From Gammaproteobacteria bacterium (GTDB lineage Bacteria; Pseudomonadota; Gammaproteobacteria; Eutrophobiales; Eutrophobiaceae): a stretch of DNA of 64,000 bases. Below are positions 40,762-51,183 of the stretch, one piece after another. The notes under the pieces were generated by a model. That model was not told where the DNA came from and ran no database searches. It saw only the letters and a program-made list of their open reading frames with translations. Position 1 is the first letter of the stretch. Every line of letters starts with the position of its first letter. Location of the stretch: the NCBI GenBank assembly GCA_965202915.1, contig OZ241847.1, positions 2,194,242-2,258,241 of the forward strand, read 5' to 3'. The translations under genes and the position numbers were made by a program.

Positions 40762-41689
40762 TCAAAATAATCAGCCCGGAAAGACGGTGCAACGCGGTAG
40801 AAACCTGAACGGTATATTATTATTGGATAAGCCCGCCGGCAGGACCTCCAACCAGGTTTTACAAGTCATCAAGAGACTATTTGATGCAGACAAGGCCGGG
40901 CACACCGGCAACTTGGACAGACCGGCGACCGGATTATTAATCATCTGTTTTGGCCGTGCCACCAAGATATCCGGCTTCCTGTTAAATGCGGATAAATATT
41001 ATCGAGTCCAATGCCGGTTGGGTATTCAAACCACAACCGGAGACGCCGAGGGTGATATCGTCGAGCAGAGACCGGTGGACAATTATTCTGCGACCGATAT
41101 CCGGCCGATACTATCGGCATTTACCGGTGAGAGTAAGCAGGTGCCGCCGATGTATTCCGCGCTGAAACATAATGGCCGGAGATTGTATCGACTCGCCTAT
41201 CGAGGCATCAACGTGGCGCGTAAACCGCGCAAAATAAAAATTTCCAAGATCAAGCTGCTTGACTATGCATCCGAGCGACTGAGCCTGGAAGTGCACTGCT
41301 CAAAAGGGACCTATATTCGCGTCCTGGTGGAAGATATTGGCGATAAGTTGGGTTGTGGCGCGCACGTGCATGATCTCAGACGGCTTGGTATCGGACATTT
41401 TAGCGCTCAGCAAATGCTGTCATTGGACACGATTGAGGACTTGGCGCAACAAGGATATGCCGCTCTGGATAAGTTGCTTCTCCCGATAGATGCGGCCTTG
41501 ACAAATTTGGCCACCGTATATCTGGATGAAAAGACGGCGTACTATTTGCGCCGGGGGCGGGCCGTGCGGGTGTCGGATGCGCCGGCACAGGGGTGGCTGC
41601 GAATCTATGATGAGCGGGGAAACTTTTTTGCCATTGGAGAGGCAAGGGGGGACGGGCATATCGCTACAAAGCGTTTAATCATCCCCTGA
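40730..41689 (+). CDS. truB: tRNA pseudouridine(55) synthase TruB; the start may be downstream of the listed one
   Basis: GILLLDKPAGRTSNQV...GHTGNLD, with the catalytic Asp in GNLD. Confidence 0.9.
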   Translation: MIHWHRQRPIDQNNQPGKTVQRGRNLNGILLLDKPAGRTSNQVLQVIKRLFDADKAGHTGNLDRPATGLLIICFGRATKISGFLLNADKYYRVQCRLGIQTTTGDAEGDIVEQRPVDNYSATDIRPILSAFTGESKQVPPMYSALKHNGRRLYRLAYRGINVARKPRKIKISKIKLLDYASERLSLEVHCSKGTYIRVLVEDIGDKLGCGAHVHDLRRLGIGHFSAQQMLSLDTIEDLAQQGYAALDKLLLPIDAALTNLATVYLDEKTAYYLRRGRAVRVSDAPAQGWLRIYDERGNFFAIGEARGDGHIATKRLIIP

Positions 41690-41788
41690 TCGGTGGGCAC
41701 TGCCAAGCGATAAAAATAGCGGGAATAGAGTGTATCTTTATGGCTCCGAGACAAACCAGGCACCATTTCTTCCATGCGGGTTATCGAT

Positions 41789-42973
41789 TTACCAGGGACG
41801 GAGAACAAAATCAGCGACTTTCGAAGAATAATCTATCGGGGGAATGCGATGCCTTTTCCATTTGGGTTGGGCCAGCTCATCCAATGCCTCAAGGATTTCC
41901 GGTTCTGACGCATCTGCCGGCAGCGACAGACCCGCTTTGAAACGATGAATTTCCTTTATGGTGTCTGCTTCCGGCGGCCCAAGAAATAGAACCGGCGCCT
42001 CCGTTTGGAGAATTCCGTACAGCTTGCTGGGAATAATGATGCCCTCCCATCCCGGATTCATTGTGATTAAGTGCACGGTGGCGTTGAAAAAAAGATTAGT
42101 GAATTCTTCCAATGGCGGATAATCAAGGACACAAAAGTTTTTGAGGTCGTTAGTATCCTCGATCAGCTGCTTGCGACCAGACCCGCGGATGACAAACACG
42201 AATATCCAGTCATTGTGGTTTGCTTCAGACAACAAACGAGCCGCGCCCACTAGGGCTTTTGAGGAATGACCCCGGCCAAGATTGCCCGCGTAGAGGGCGA
42301 TCTTGGCGTCCTTCAGTCCGTGCCTCTCGACAAGGCTGTCATTGCTTGTCTTGTGGCGCCGGAGCGGACGGGCATCCCATGGAGGGATCACAACAATTGC
42401 CTGATCGCGATTATGTAAGGCAGGATAACGACTTAGGCGTTGCTTCTGTTTCTCGCCGAGCGAGATCACGCCCGCAATACTTTTCAGTCCCAGGTTGTTT
42501 ACGCGGCGCAGGCAACGATAGACAATACCGCTCTCGTTTAGGAACGAAGCAGCCGCCAATGCCTCCGGATAGAGATCCATCGCCCACAAAATCAGAGAGC
42601 GCTTCCTGCCATAGCAAAACAGGCGTGAGGGCCAGGCACTGAAGATCAAAAAAGGTGGGTCCGTCAATAGAACACAACGGTCCCAGTTAAGCAGTGGGAC
42701 CCGGATGAGGGCCTGGCACCAGAACAGAAACCAGTTGAGAGGACGCAAGCGGAAAGGCGGGGTAAAGGCAAAATGCATGACAAATGCGCCGGCTCTATCC
42801 GCTCGCGCGGGCATTGAAGGCACGTATGAATCGCGGCTGGAAAAAACCTCCACGGTGTGACCCTTGACGGCCAGGTGGAGAGCCACGTCATGGAGCATTC
42901 TGCCGGAGGGAGAAGCCTGCTCGTCTCCGAAAAATCGATTGACTAAGAGAATACGCATGAAGGCAGGACTCAA
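41789..42973 (-). CDS. GT4-family (GT-B, group 1) glycosyltransferase
   Basis: N-terminal MRILLVNRFFG...GRMLHDVALHLAVKGHTVEV and a C-terminal nucleotide-sugar-binding half. Confidence 0.65.
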   Translation of the reverse strand: MSPAFMRILLVNRFFGDEQASPSGRMLHDVALHLAVKGHTVEVFSSRDSYVPSMPARADRAGAFVMHFAFTPPFRLRPLNWFLFWCQALIRVPLLNWDRCVLLTDPPFLIFSAWPSRLFCYGRKRSLILWAMDLYPEALAAASFLNESGIVYRCLRRVNNLGLKSIAGVISLGEKQKQRLSRYPALHNRDQAIVVIPPWDARPLRRHKTSNDSLVERHGLKDAKIALYAGNLGRGHSSKALVGAARLLSEANHNDWIFVFVIRGSGRKQLIEDTNDLKNFCVLDYPPLEEFTNLFFNATVHLITMNPGWEGIIIPSKLYGILQTEAPVLFLGPPEADTIKEIHRFKAGLSLPADASEPEILEALDELAQPKWKRHRIPPIDYSSKVADFVLRPW

Positions 42974-43465
42974 TTACAGTACAGGCAGTGTAGAAGCAGG
43001 TGCAAGCTGATAGACGGTCAATACGGTTACAAAAAATACCCTGATGCAGGACGACAAACCATGCCGGCATTTATTCTGTTGTCAATGAGTCTGGATTGCA
43101 GTCCGGGCATTATTGAGATTCCACATGAAATAGGTTGGCTATGATGTATGGGTATTATAAAACACCTGCATTGACAAATACAGCGGGGAAGCATGCACTT
43201 AGGTTGCAAAGGGGCCATTGATGGACAAGAGTTAAAGCATGGCTATTGCCGGCGTGGTGGTATCGCTTGAATAACGGTCACAGAGCCGGGCATGCATGGA
43301 ATCACAAAGCAAATTGGCACAACGGATAGCGGTCAATGCCAAAATTTCGTCTTTTTTACACTTAAATGCATTGCATGAGGACGGCGACTCATCTACAATT
43401 AACCCTTTAGCGTTTGTCTCACCGTCTTAAAATGAGGAAATTACTTAACCATGAGGATGCAATAG

Positions 43466-43963
43466 ATGCGGCACTATGAAATTGTGTTATTGGTCCATCC
43501 CGACCAGAGCGACCAGGTGCCCGCGATGGTAGATAAATACCAGGCCATGGTCACTACTAATGGTGGTGCCATTCATCGCATTGAAGACTGGGGACGGAGA
43601 TTGCTCGCCTATCCGATCAATAAAATGCATAAAGCGCATTATATTCTGCTCAATATCGAATGCGACGCGGATATCCTTAAACAGCTTACCGACGGGTTTT
43701 TCTTCAACGACGCGGTTATTCGTAATCTTGTTATTCGCCGTGACCGCGCCTTCAAGGAACCATCGCTGTTGGCAAAATCCGATGAAGAAGGTGATGACGG
43801 CGACGACGCGGAGGCACAGGAACCGGAAAGTGTTGAAGGAGAGGATTTAAAGCAGTCTGATGCACAGGAGCTGCCGGCGGATAACACCGCCGATCCGGTG
43901 GAAGAAACCTCCGGGGAACGCGACGAAACAGCCGAAGACGCGGCGGCAACCGATAAAGTATAG
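43466..43963 (+). CDS. rpsF: 30S ribosomal protein S6 with an extended acidic C-terminal tail
   Basis: [22 protein letters not shown]... and a Glu/Asp-rich tail. Confidence 0.9.
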   Translation: MRHYEIVLLVHPDQSDQVPAMVDKYQAMVTTNGGAIHRIEDWGRRLLAYPINKMHKAHYILLNIECDADILKQLTDGFFFNDAVIRNLVIRRDRAFKEPSLLAKSDEEGDDGDDAEAQEPESVEGEDLKQSDAQELPADNTADPVEETSGERDETAEDAAATDKV

Positions 43964-43974
43964 AGGAACACTCG

Positions 43975-44199
43975 ATGGCATATTTTTTAAAACATAAGCG
44001 CTATTGCCGCTTTACAGTAGAGCGTGTTGAGGAAATTGATTACAAGGATATAAACATGCTAAGGAATTACATTACCGAAACGGGGAAAATTATCCCGAGT
44101 AGAATGTCCGGTACCAGTGCAAAATATCAGCGACAGTTGGCGACGGCAATTAAACGTGCAAGATTTCTGGCGCTTATGCCATACTGTGACGCACACTAG
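43975..44199 (+). CDS. rpsR: 30S ribosomal protein S18
   Basis: [58 protein letters not shown]. Confidence 0.9.
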   Translation: MAYFLKHKRYCRFTVERVEEIDYKDINMLRNYITETGKIIPSRMSGTSAKYQRQLATAIKRARFLALMPYCDAH

Positions 44200-44292
44200 C
44201 AAAATATATATTATTGTTGTCACCCCCGGGTTGCCAGAATAACCATGACAAGCCGGGTATCGTCCGATACCATTTGATTTTGAGAAGCGGCA

Positions 44293-45195
44293 ATGCACGC
44301 ATTGGGCAACCATATACTTCGCGGCCGGTCACAAGCGATTATAATTATTACCGCCTTCACCCTGTGCTCCGTGATATTATTTCCATTGGCTTATTTGCTA
44401 AGTGGCGCGCCGCTGGCCCTGGTCACTTTGGGGCAAGGCAGTCGGCAGGGCCTGCAGGTTATTATCGGGGTCGGACTGGTTCTGACTTTATTTAGCCTGG
44501 CCGTGCAATGGCCGGTGCATCTGGTACTGGCATATTCTATTTTTATCTGGATACCGGTGTGGTTATGCGCAACCATTTTGCGCTTGAGTCAACAACAGGG
44601 CATACTGGTAACCGCGGCCGGTTTAATGGGCATAGTGACATTGGCCACCTTATACGTCACATTGAGCGACACTGGCGGCTGGTGGCAAAATCTGCTTAAT
44701 AACGTAATTGAAAAGAATCTGCCCATTGAGCAACAAGCCGAATACAAAGACAGGCTATTGCCGATGGCGGAGTTTATCAGCGCTTTGCTGGTGGTCGGCT
44801 TTGTGGTAAATTTGGTCACAACGGTCATGTTGTCGCGCTGGTGGCAGGCTTTGCTGTACAATCCGGGTGGATTCGGTAAAGAATTTCGCGCACTCCGGTT
44901 GCCACCGGTAATACTGATGCTGACCGCGGTAAATATTATTGCCTGCCTGGTCGTAGCCGAGCCCTGGGGCCGGTTTGCCAGAGACACGTTGGCGGTAATA
45001 GTATTTATGTTTTTATTTCAGGGTCTGGCTTTGGCGCATAGAACCGTCGACGCCAGGCGCTTACCTGATTTTTGGCTGGTGATCACGTACGGCTTACTGC
45101 TGCTTGTACCGGGGTTGGCACTGTTTATGGCCTGCCTGGGGATGATCGACAGTTGGCATGCAAGCCGTAAGCCCATCAGGCCTAATCATGATTAA
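44293..45195 (+). CDS. Integral membrane protein of unknown function between rpsR and rplI
   Basis: 300 aa with about 7 TM segments and no recognisable motifs. A gene in this position is conserved in some gammaproteobacteria. Confidence 0.5.
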   Translation: MHALGNHILRGRSQAIIIITAFTLCSVILFPLAYLLSGAPLALVTLGQGSRQGLQVIIGVGLVLTLFSLAVQWPVHLVLAYSIFIWIPVWLCATILRLSQQQGILVTAAGLMGIVTLATLYVTLSDTGGWWQNLLNNVIEKNLPIEQQAEYKDRLLPMAEFISALLVVGFVVNLVTTVMLSRWWQALLYNPGGFGKEFRALRLPPVILMLTAVNIIACLVVAEPWGRFARDTLAVIVFMFLFQGLALAHRTVDARRLPDFWLVITYGLLLLVPGLALFMACLGMIDSWHASRKPIRPNHD

Positions 45196-45237
45196 GACGG
45201 GGCACTGTCCCATTTGTTAATTAACGGTAGCGATGAG

Positions 45238-45690
45238 ATGGACATTATTTTATTGGAAAAAGTGCATAGTCTCGGTGACCTGGGAGATCAGGTCAAAGTC
45301 AGGCCCGGATACGGGCGCAATTATTTGATACCCAGCGGCAAGGCGGTGGCAGCCTCCGATGATAATCGCAAGATGGTCAAAGTCCGGCAGGCGGAGCTGG
45401 AAAAACAGCAAAAACAAACCCTGGAGCGAGCCGCTGCCAGGGCCGAAAAGATGCGGGACTTGACAGTCGATATCACCAGCAAAGCCGGTGCCTCGGGCAA
45501 ACTGTTTGGTTCCGTGGGAACCGCCGATATAGCCGCCGCGGCCACGGCCGCCGGAGTGGAACTCGCCAAGCACGAGGTCAGATTACCGCAGGGTTCACTA
45601 CGGGCAACGGGTGAATATGATATTGACGTGCAATTACACGCGGACGTGACAACGGCAATTAAAATCAATATTGTAGCGGAGGAATCTTAG
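45238..45690 (+). CDS. rplI: 50S ribosomal protein L9
   Basis: MDIILLEKVHSLGDLGDQVKVRPGYGRNYLIP... Confidence 0.9.
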   Translation: MDIILLEKVHSLGDLGDQVKVRPGYGRNYLIPSGKAVAASDDNRKMVKVRQAELEKQQKQTLERAAARAEKMRDLTVDITSKAGASGKLFGSVGTADIAAAATAAGVELAKHEVRLPQGSLRATGEYDIDVQLHADVTTAIKINIVAEES

Positions 45691-45853
45691 CTATAGGTAT
45701 GATGCACTTTTAGCTCCAGGCCATCAAACATCCCATCTCGTATTAGATACGCGGATAGGTTGATGAATTTGTAAGCTGCTGCCGATGACCCCGGTTCCGT
45801 GGCTTGTTGCGAAAGCTCATCATTGCAGAGCAAACGAAAATCCGGAGGAAATA

Positions 45854-47281
45854 ATGCAGGAAATGGCTCAAACACCCGGTGCCGGTGACGCCGAAGTTGA
45901 TGCTTTGAAAATCCCGCCTCACTCCATTGAGGCCGAGCAGTCGGTGCTGGGTGGCGTGTTGTTGGATAAAAATGCCTGGGTTAAAGCCACCGAACACGTT
46001 CGGCAAGAGGATTTTTACCGGAAAGACCACAGACTTATCTTTCAGGCCATCGCCAGGCTGGATAACGAAGGTCAGCCGTTCGATATCGTCACAGTGGCGG
46101 AATGGCTGGAAAACCATCAACAGCTCGAAGACGCCGGCGGGATAAGTTATCTGGCCGCATTGGCGGAAAACACCCCCCACGTCAGCAACATTGCCGTCTA
46201 TGCCGATATAGTACGAAAGCGCTCGATCCTGCGTCAACTCATCACCGCAACCAGGAATATAGGCGACACCATTTTTAATCCGCAGGGTAGAAGCAGCGAC
46301 GAAATTCTGGATTTTGCCGAGCAGTTGGTGTTTGAAATCGCCGAACAGGAAGGGCGTAGCAAAAAAAATTACAAGAACATCAAAGACGTTGTGGCAACCG
46401 CGCTTAAACGCGTGGATGAACTGTTTCACAAGAACAGTCCCATTACCGGCGTGGCAACCGGTTTCGATGATCTGGATGCCAAAACGGCGGGCCTGCAACC
46501 CTCCGATCTGATCATCATTGCCGGACGTCCGTCCATGGGAAAAACCGCACTGGCAATTAATATCGCCGAGCATGCCGCGATCAAGGACAAAATGACCGTT
46601 GCTATCTTCAGCATGGAAATGTCGGGCGAACAACTTGCCATGCGGATGATGGCGTCGCTGGCGCGTATCGATCAACACAATATCCGCACCGGTAGGCTTG
46701 ATGAAGACGATTGGCCAAGATTAACCTCTTCACTGGCGGTATTGTCGGAAACCAGCATGTTTATCGATGATACCCCGGCGTTAACGCCCGCCGAATTAAG
46801 AGCACGTTGCCGACGTATTGCCAGAGAGCAGCACGGTCTTGATATGATTGTGGTTGATTACCTGCAACTCATGCAAGTGCCGGGTACGGCGGAGAATCGA
46901 GCCACGGAATTATCCGGGATATCCCGTTCCCTAAAGGCAATGGCAAAGGAATTGAATATTCCAGTGGTTGCATTATCACAATTAAATCGCAGTCTCGAAC
47001 AACGGCCCAACAGACGTCCGGTGATGTCCGACCTGCGTGAGAGTGGCGCGATTGAACAGGACGCCGACGTTATCCTGTTTATTTATCGCGACGAGGTTTA
47101 TGACAAGGACAGTCCCGACAAAGGCATGGCCGAAATCATTATAAGCAAACAAAGAAACGGCCCGATTGGCATGGTGAAATTGGCTTTCAGGGGACAATTT
47201 ACCCGCTTTGAAAATTATATTGAGGAACGGGACCTGGTCCTGGCGGGCGACTCATACCTTGTATCGAGATCGGATGAATGA
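45854..47281 (+). CDS. dnaB: Replicative DNA helicase DnaB
   Basis: PPHSIEAEQSVLGGVLLD..., Walker A GRPSMGKTA and the RecA-like C-terminal domain. GGAGG lies 6 nt upstream of the ATG at 45854. Confidence 0.95.
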   Translation: MQEMAQTPGAGDAEVDALKIPPHSIEAEQSVLGGVLLDKNAWVKATEHVRQEDFYRKDHRLIFQAIARLDNEGQPFDIVTVAEWLENHQQLEDAGGISYLAALAENTPHVSNIAVYADIVRKRSILRQLITATRNIGDTIFNPQGRSSDEILDFAEQLVFEIAEQEGRSKKNYKNIKDVVATALKRVDELFHKNSPITGVATGFDDLDAKTAGLQPSDLIIIAGRPSMGKTALAINIAEHAAIKDKMTVAIFSMEMSGEQLAMRMMASLARIDQHNIRTGRLDEDDWPRLTSSLAVLSETSMFIDDTPALTPAELRARCRRIAREQHGLDMIVVDYLQLMQVPGTAENRATELSGISRSLKAMAKELNIPVVALSQLNRSLEQRPNRRPVMSDLRESGAIEQDADVILFIYRDEVYDKDSPDKGMAEIIISKQRNGPIGMVKLAFRGQFTRFENYIEERDLVLAGDSYLVSRSDE

Positions 47282-48351
47282 CGCGACCATCCCGGGTCAT
47301 TATTGATCGCGCCGCACTTCAGCATAATTTTTCTGTTGTAAAATCCATCGCCCCCGCCGCCCGGATCATGGCCATCATCAAGGCCGATGCCTATGGTCAC
47401 GGCCTGATCCGGGTCGCAAAGCTGTTGCGCGACGCCGATGCCTTTGGGGTGGCCTGCCTGGAAGAGGCAAGCCAATTGCGCGACGCCAATATTGACCGGA
47501 CCATAGTCTTGCTTGAGGGCCCGTATGATGCCGGGGATATCCCTCCGGTGCGTGATCTCAAACTGGATATCGTCATCCATAACCAACACCAGATCGAGAT
47601 GTTAAAAGGCGCATCCTGCTACGATCTGCAAACCTGGATCAAGGTCGACACCGGCATGCATCGTCTGGGATTCCAGGCCGATGCGGTTGCCAACGTGTGC
47701 CAACAATTGGAAGCCTTGCGCTTGTCCCGCCCACCAAGACTCATGACTCACCTGGCGGTCGCGGACCAGCCGAAGAATCAATTTAATCGATTACAATTGG
47801 CGCGCTTTAGTGAGCTCAACGCAGGCGTCGCGCTGGAAAAAAGTGTTGCCAATTCCGCCGCGATTCTGGCCGAATCTGAAACTCATATGCATTGGGTCCG
47901 CCCCGGCTTGATGCTCTATGGCGTCTCGCCCTTTCCCGAAAAACAGGCAAATGATCATGATTTAAAACCGGTTATGACCCTGGAGTCGGAATTGATCTCG
48001 GTCCGGTGGTTAAAAAAAAATGAACCGGTCGGCTATGGCGCCGATTGGCGTTGCCCGGAAGATATGCCGATAGGCACAGTGGCTACCGGATATTGCGATG
48101 GCTTTTCCAGGCACGCGCGCCCCGGCACCCCGATATTGGTGCACGGCAAACGCTGCGCACTCATTGGCAGGGTGTCGATGGATATGCTCACCGTAGATCT
48201 GCGCAATTGTGCCACCGCCGGTATCGGCGCGCCGGTTACGCTATGGGGAAACGGATTGCCGGTGGAGGAAATTGCCAGGGCGGCCGATACCATCCCCTAT
48301 GAATTATTATGCGGCGTCCATAAGCGGCTTGAATTTGTAGAACGTGGCTAA
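47278..48351 (+). CDS. alr: Alanine racemase
   Basis: PLP-site AIIKADAYGHG. The ATGA overlap with the dnaB stop is the dnaB-alr synteny seen in E. coli. Confidence 0.9.
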   Translation: MTRPSRVIIDRAALQHNFSVVKSIAPAARIMAIIKADAYGHGLIRVAKLLRDADAFGVACLEEASQLRDANIDRTIVLLEGPYDAGDIPPVRDLKLDIVIHNQHQIEMLKGASCYDLQTWIKVDTGMHRLGFQADAVANVCQQLEALRLSRPPRLMTHLAVADQPKNQFNRLQLARFSELNAGVALEKSVANSAAILAESETHMHWVRPGLMLYGVSPFPEKQANDHDLKPVMTLESELISVRWLKKNEPVGYGADWRCPEDMPIGTVATGYCDGFSRHARPGTPILVHGKRCALIGRVSMDMLTVDLRNCATAGIGAPVTLWGNGLPVEEIARAADTIPYELLCGVHKRLEFVERG

Positions 48352-49726
48352 AACAAAAATACAATTTCAATGCAGTGAATGCAGTGCAATAGCCCCAAAA
48401 TGGTCCGGACAATGCGCGGAATGCCGATCATGGAACAGTATGATTGAGGTGACAATGGCGGCGCCGTCCCTACATACCGCACGGTTACCACAGGACTCAG
48501 GCGAGTCGGTAAAAGTCTGCGCGCTCAGTGCGGTACGCTTTAATGATGAGCCGCGTCAGCATACCGGCATCGCCGAACTCGACGTCGTCATTGGCGGTGG
48601 CATAGTCAAGGGATCGGTGACATTGATAGGAGGCGATCCGGGGATCGGCAAATCCACCCTGTTATTACAGGCCTTGTCGGGACTCAGGCAAGTCGGCAAT
48701 ATAAGCAGCTTGTACGTAACCGGCGAAGAATCGGCGCAACAGGTGGGTTTGAGGGCACAAAGACTGGGGTTGCCGCTTGACGGTCTGAAATTACTTACCG
48801 ACAACCGGCTTGAAAGAATATTAACCATCATCGCCGGCGAACAACCGCAGGTTATCGTCATTGATTCCATCCAGACAATGTACAGTGAACTGGTGCAGTC
48901 GGCGCCCGGGTCCGTTGCCCAGGTGCGTGAATGCGCGGCACAATTGGTGCGGTTTGCCAAATACAGCGGTACCGCGGTATTTCTTGTCGGACACGTGACC
49001 AAAGAAGGGGCGCTGGCCGGCCCGCGTGTACTGGAACACATGGTTGATACCGTTTTGTATTTTGAGGGTGAGCACGATAGTCGCTACCGGATAGTGCGGT
49101 CGGTCAAGAACCGATTCGGCGCGGTCAATGAACTGGGGATCTTTGCGATGACCGATAAGGGATTCAAAGAGGTGAATAACCCGTCGGCAATATTCCTGTC
49201 ACGCCATGATGAACAAATACCGGGGTCGGTGGTGATGGTGATGCGTGAAGGCACCCGGCCCATACTGGTCGAGGTGCAGGCGCTGGTTGACGCCGGGCAC
49301 CCCGGCAATCCCCGCCGAGTCATACTGGGCATGGAACAAAACCGCCTGGCGATGCTGTTGGCGGTATTGCATCGTCACGCCGGTATCGTCACCACCGACC
49401 AGGATATATACGTCAACGTGGTCGGTGGCGTGCGCATCAGCGAGACTGGTGCCGACCTGGCCATTTTGCTGGCGATCATGTCCAGTTTACGCAACCAATG
49501 CCTGCCTTTGGATTTGGTCGTGTTTGGAGAAGTGGGTTTGTCCGGTGAAATTCGTCCGGTTCAGAATGGTCCGGAAAGATTGAATGAGGCGGTCAAACAT
49601 GGTTTCAAGAATGCCATTATTCCAGGGGCCAATAAACCCAGACAAAATATCGCCGGCTTAAATGTTATTGCAACCGACAATTTACAGTCGGCACTACAGG
49701 CACTCAAACGGCTCTGCCGGTTGTGA
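48344..49726 (+). CDS. radA: DNA repair protein RadA/Sms
   Basis: Zn-finger CSECSAIAPKWSGQCAEC, Walker A GGDPGIGKST, KNRFG and a Lon-like C-terminal domain. Confidence 0.95.
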   Translation: MAKTKIQFQCSECSAIAPKWSGQCAECRSWNSMIEVTMAAPSLHTARLPQDSGESVKVCALSAVRFNDEPRQHTGIAELDVVIGGGIVKGSVTLIGGDPGIGKSTLLLQALSGLRQVGNISSLYVTGEESAQQVGLRAQRLGLPLDGLKLLTDNRLERILTIIAGEQPQVIVIDSIQTMYSELVQSAPGSVAQVRECAAQLVRFAKYSGTAVFLVGHVTKEGALAGPRVLEHMVDTVLYFEGEHDSRYRIVRSVKNRFGAVNELGIFAMTDKGFKEVNNPSAIFLSRHDEQIPGSVVMVMREGTRPILVEVQALVDAGHPGNPRRVILGMEQNRLAMLLAVLHRHAGIVTTDQDIYVNVVGGVRISETGADLAILLAIMSSLRNQCLPLDLVVFGEVGLSGEIRPVQNGPERLNEAVKHGFKNAIIPGANKPRQNIAGLNVIATDNLQSALQALKRLCRL

Positions 49727-49820
49727 ACCGATTTGCATGGCCTGAAAATATTGTCTCACTGATGCATTGGATTAGCGTATCGCTTATAAAAAAAGGATTC
49801 CAGGGGCGGCCCGGAAAAAA

Positions 49821-51143
49821 CTAAACCGGCGTGGAGTGGCGTACGTCTTCAGTAATTCTGGCTTTCTTAACCGCGTTATCAACAACCTGAATGATTTCTA
49901 TGGTGTAATTATTTATGCGTAAGCTGGTATTCGCAACCGGAATATGTTCAAGCTGTTCCAGGACCAGACCATTCAATGTTTTCGCCCTTTCGGTCGGGAA
50001 ATTCCATTGTAATTGCCGATTTATTTCTCTCAGCGCGATCGACCCATCCACCATATAAACGCCATTTCCCTGTTCATGTATGTCTTGGTTAAACATCTGC
50101 ATATTGGTTGTGAACTCACCGACAATCTCTTCAAGAATATCTTCCATGGTTACAATACCCTTAATGACGCCATATTCATCCACCACCAGGCCATAGCGAA
50201 GTTTTTGACGCTGAAAATTAAATAACTGTGTATGCAGTGGCGTACCCTCAGGCACAAAATAAGGCTCGGACAAGACGTCTCTGAGTGCCTCGGGGGTGAA
50301 ACCATCTTTATCGGATAAGACCCGCAGGACGCGACGAACGTGCAGTACCCCGATAACATTATCAATATCCCTGTCATAAACCGGCAGGCGGGTATGCTGA
50401 CTACGGTCCAGTTGCTTGATGACGTTGCCGGCCGCTTGGTTGATATCGATCGCCACCATTTCGTTGCGCTTAATCATGATATCATCAACGGTGACGTTCT
50501 CCAGCTCAAGGATATTCATCAGCATTTTTTTATGGCGCGGCGGGATCAGGTGACCGGCCTCCCTGACGACGGTATGCAACTCATCACGAGACAGCGCCAC
50601 TCCGGTTTGGCCCTCCGGATCTATCTTGAACAGCATAAGTATGCCATTTGATATTTTATTGACGACAAATACCGCCGGGTAACACAGCTTCATCAACACC
50701 GACAAGACGTGCGAGGCCGGAAACGCAACGGCTTCGGGATACAACGCGGCCGTGGTCTTGGGCAACACCTCGGCAAAGATAAGGAACACAACAACCAGGA
50801 TAAAAGGCGCCAGCGCCACGCCGACGTCTCCCAATAGACGCATACCGATTAAGGTGGCAATAGTCGCGGCAATGAGATTGACGAGATTATTACCAAGCAG
50901 AATCAATCCAAATAATCGATCCGGGCGCTGTAATAATCGGTTGGCTTTAATTGCAGACTTATGATTATTCTTAACGAGATGACGCAGGCGATAACGATTG
51001 AGCGCCATCATACCTGTCTCAGAACTTGAAAAAAAAGCCGACAGGACAATCATGATCCCGAGCACAGCAAATAATACGGACAGGGGAATATCGTTCAAGT
51101 AATTTATGGTACCGGTTGTGGACTGGATATCATTTTGAGACAA
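49821..51143 (-). CDS. CNNM/HlyC/CorC-family membrane protein (DUF21-CBS pair-CorC_HlyC), YfjD-like
   Basis: N-terminal 4-TM DUF21 domain, tandem CBS domains and a C-terminal CorC_HlyC domain (...VDEYGVIKGIVTMEDILEEIVGEF...). Confidence 0.8.
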   Translation of the reverse strand: MSQNDIQSTTGTINYLNDIPLSVLFAVLGIMIVLSAFFSSSETGMMALNRYRLRHLVKNNHKSAIKANRLLQRPDRLFGLILLGNNLVNLIAATIATLIGMRLLGDVGVALAPFILVVVFLIFAEVLPKTTAALYPEAVAFPASHVLSVLMKLCYPAVFVVNKISNGILMLFKIDPEGQTGVALSRDELHTVVREAGHLIPPRHKKMLMNILELENVTVDDIMIKRNEMVAIDINQAAGNVIKQLDRSQHTRLPVYDRDIDNVIGVLHVRRVLRVLSDKDGFTPEALRDVLSEPYFVPEGTPLHTQLFNFQRQKLRYGLVVDEYGVIKGIVTMEDILEEIVGEFTTNMQMFNQDIHEQGNGVYMVDGSIALREINRQLQWNFPTERAKTLNGLVLEQLEHIPVANTSLRINNYTIEIIQVVDNAVKKARITEDVRHSTPV

Positions 51144-51183
51144 AACCGGGGCATGTCAAGTCCAAATATTGCCCGGCGGACGA

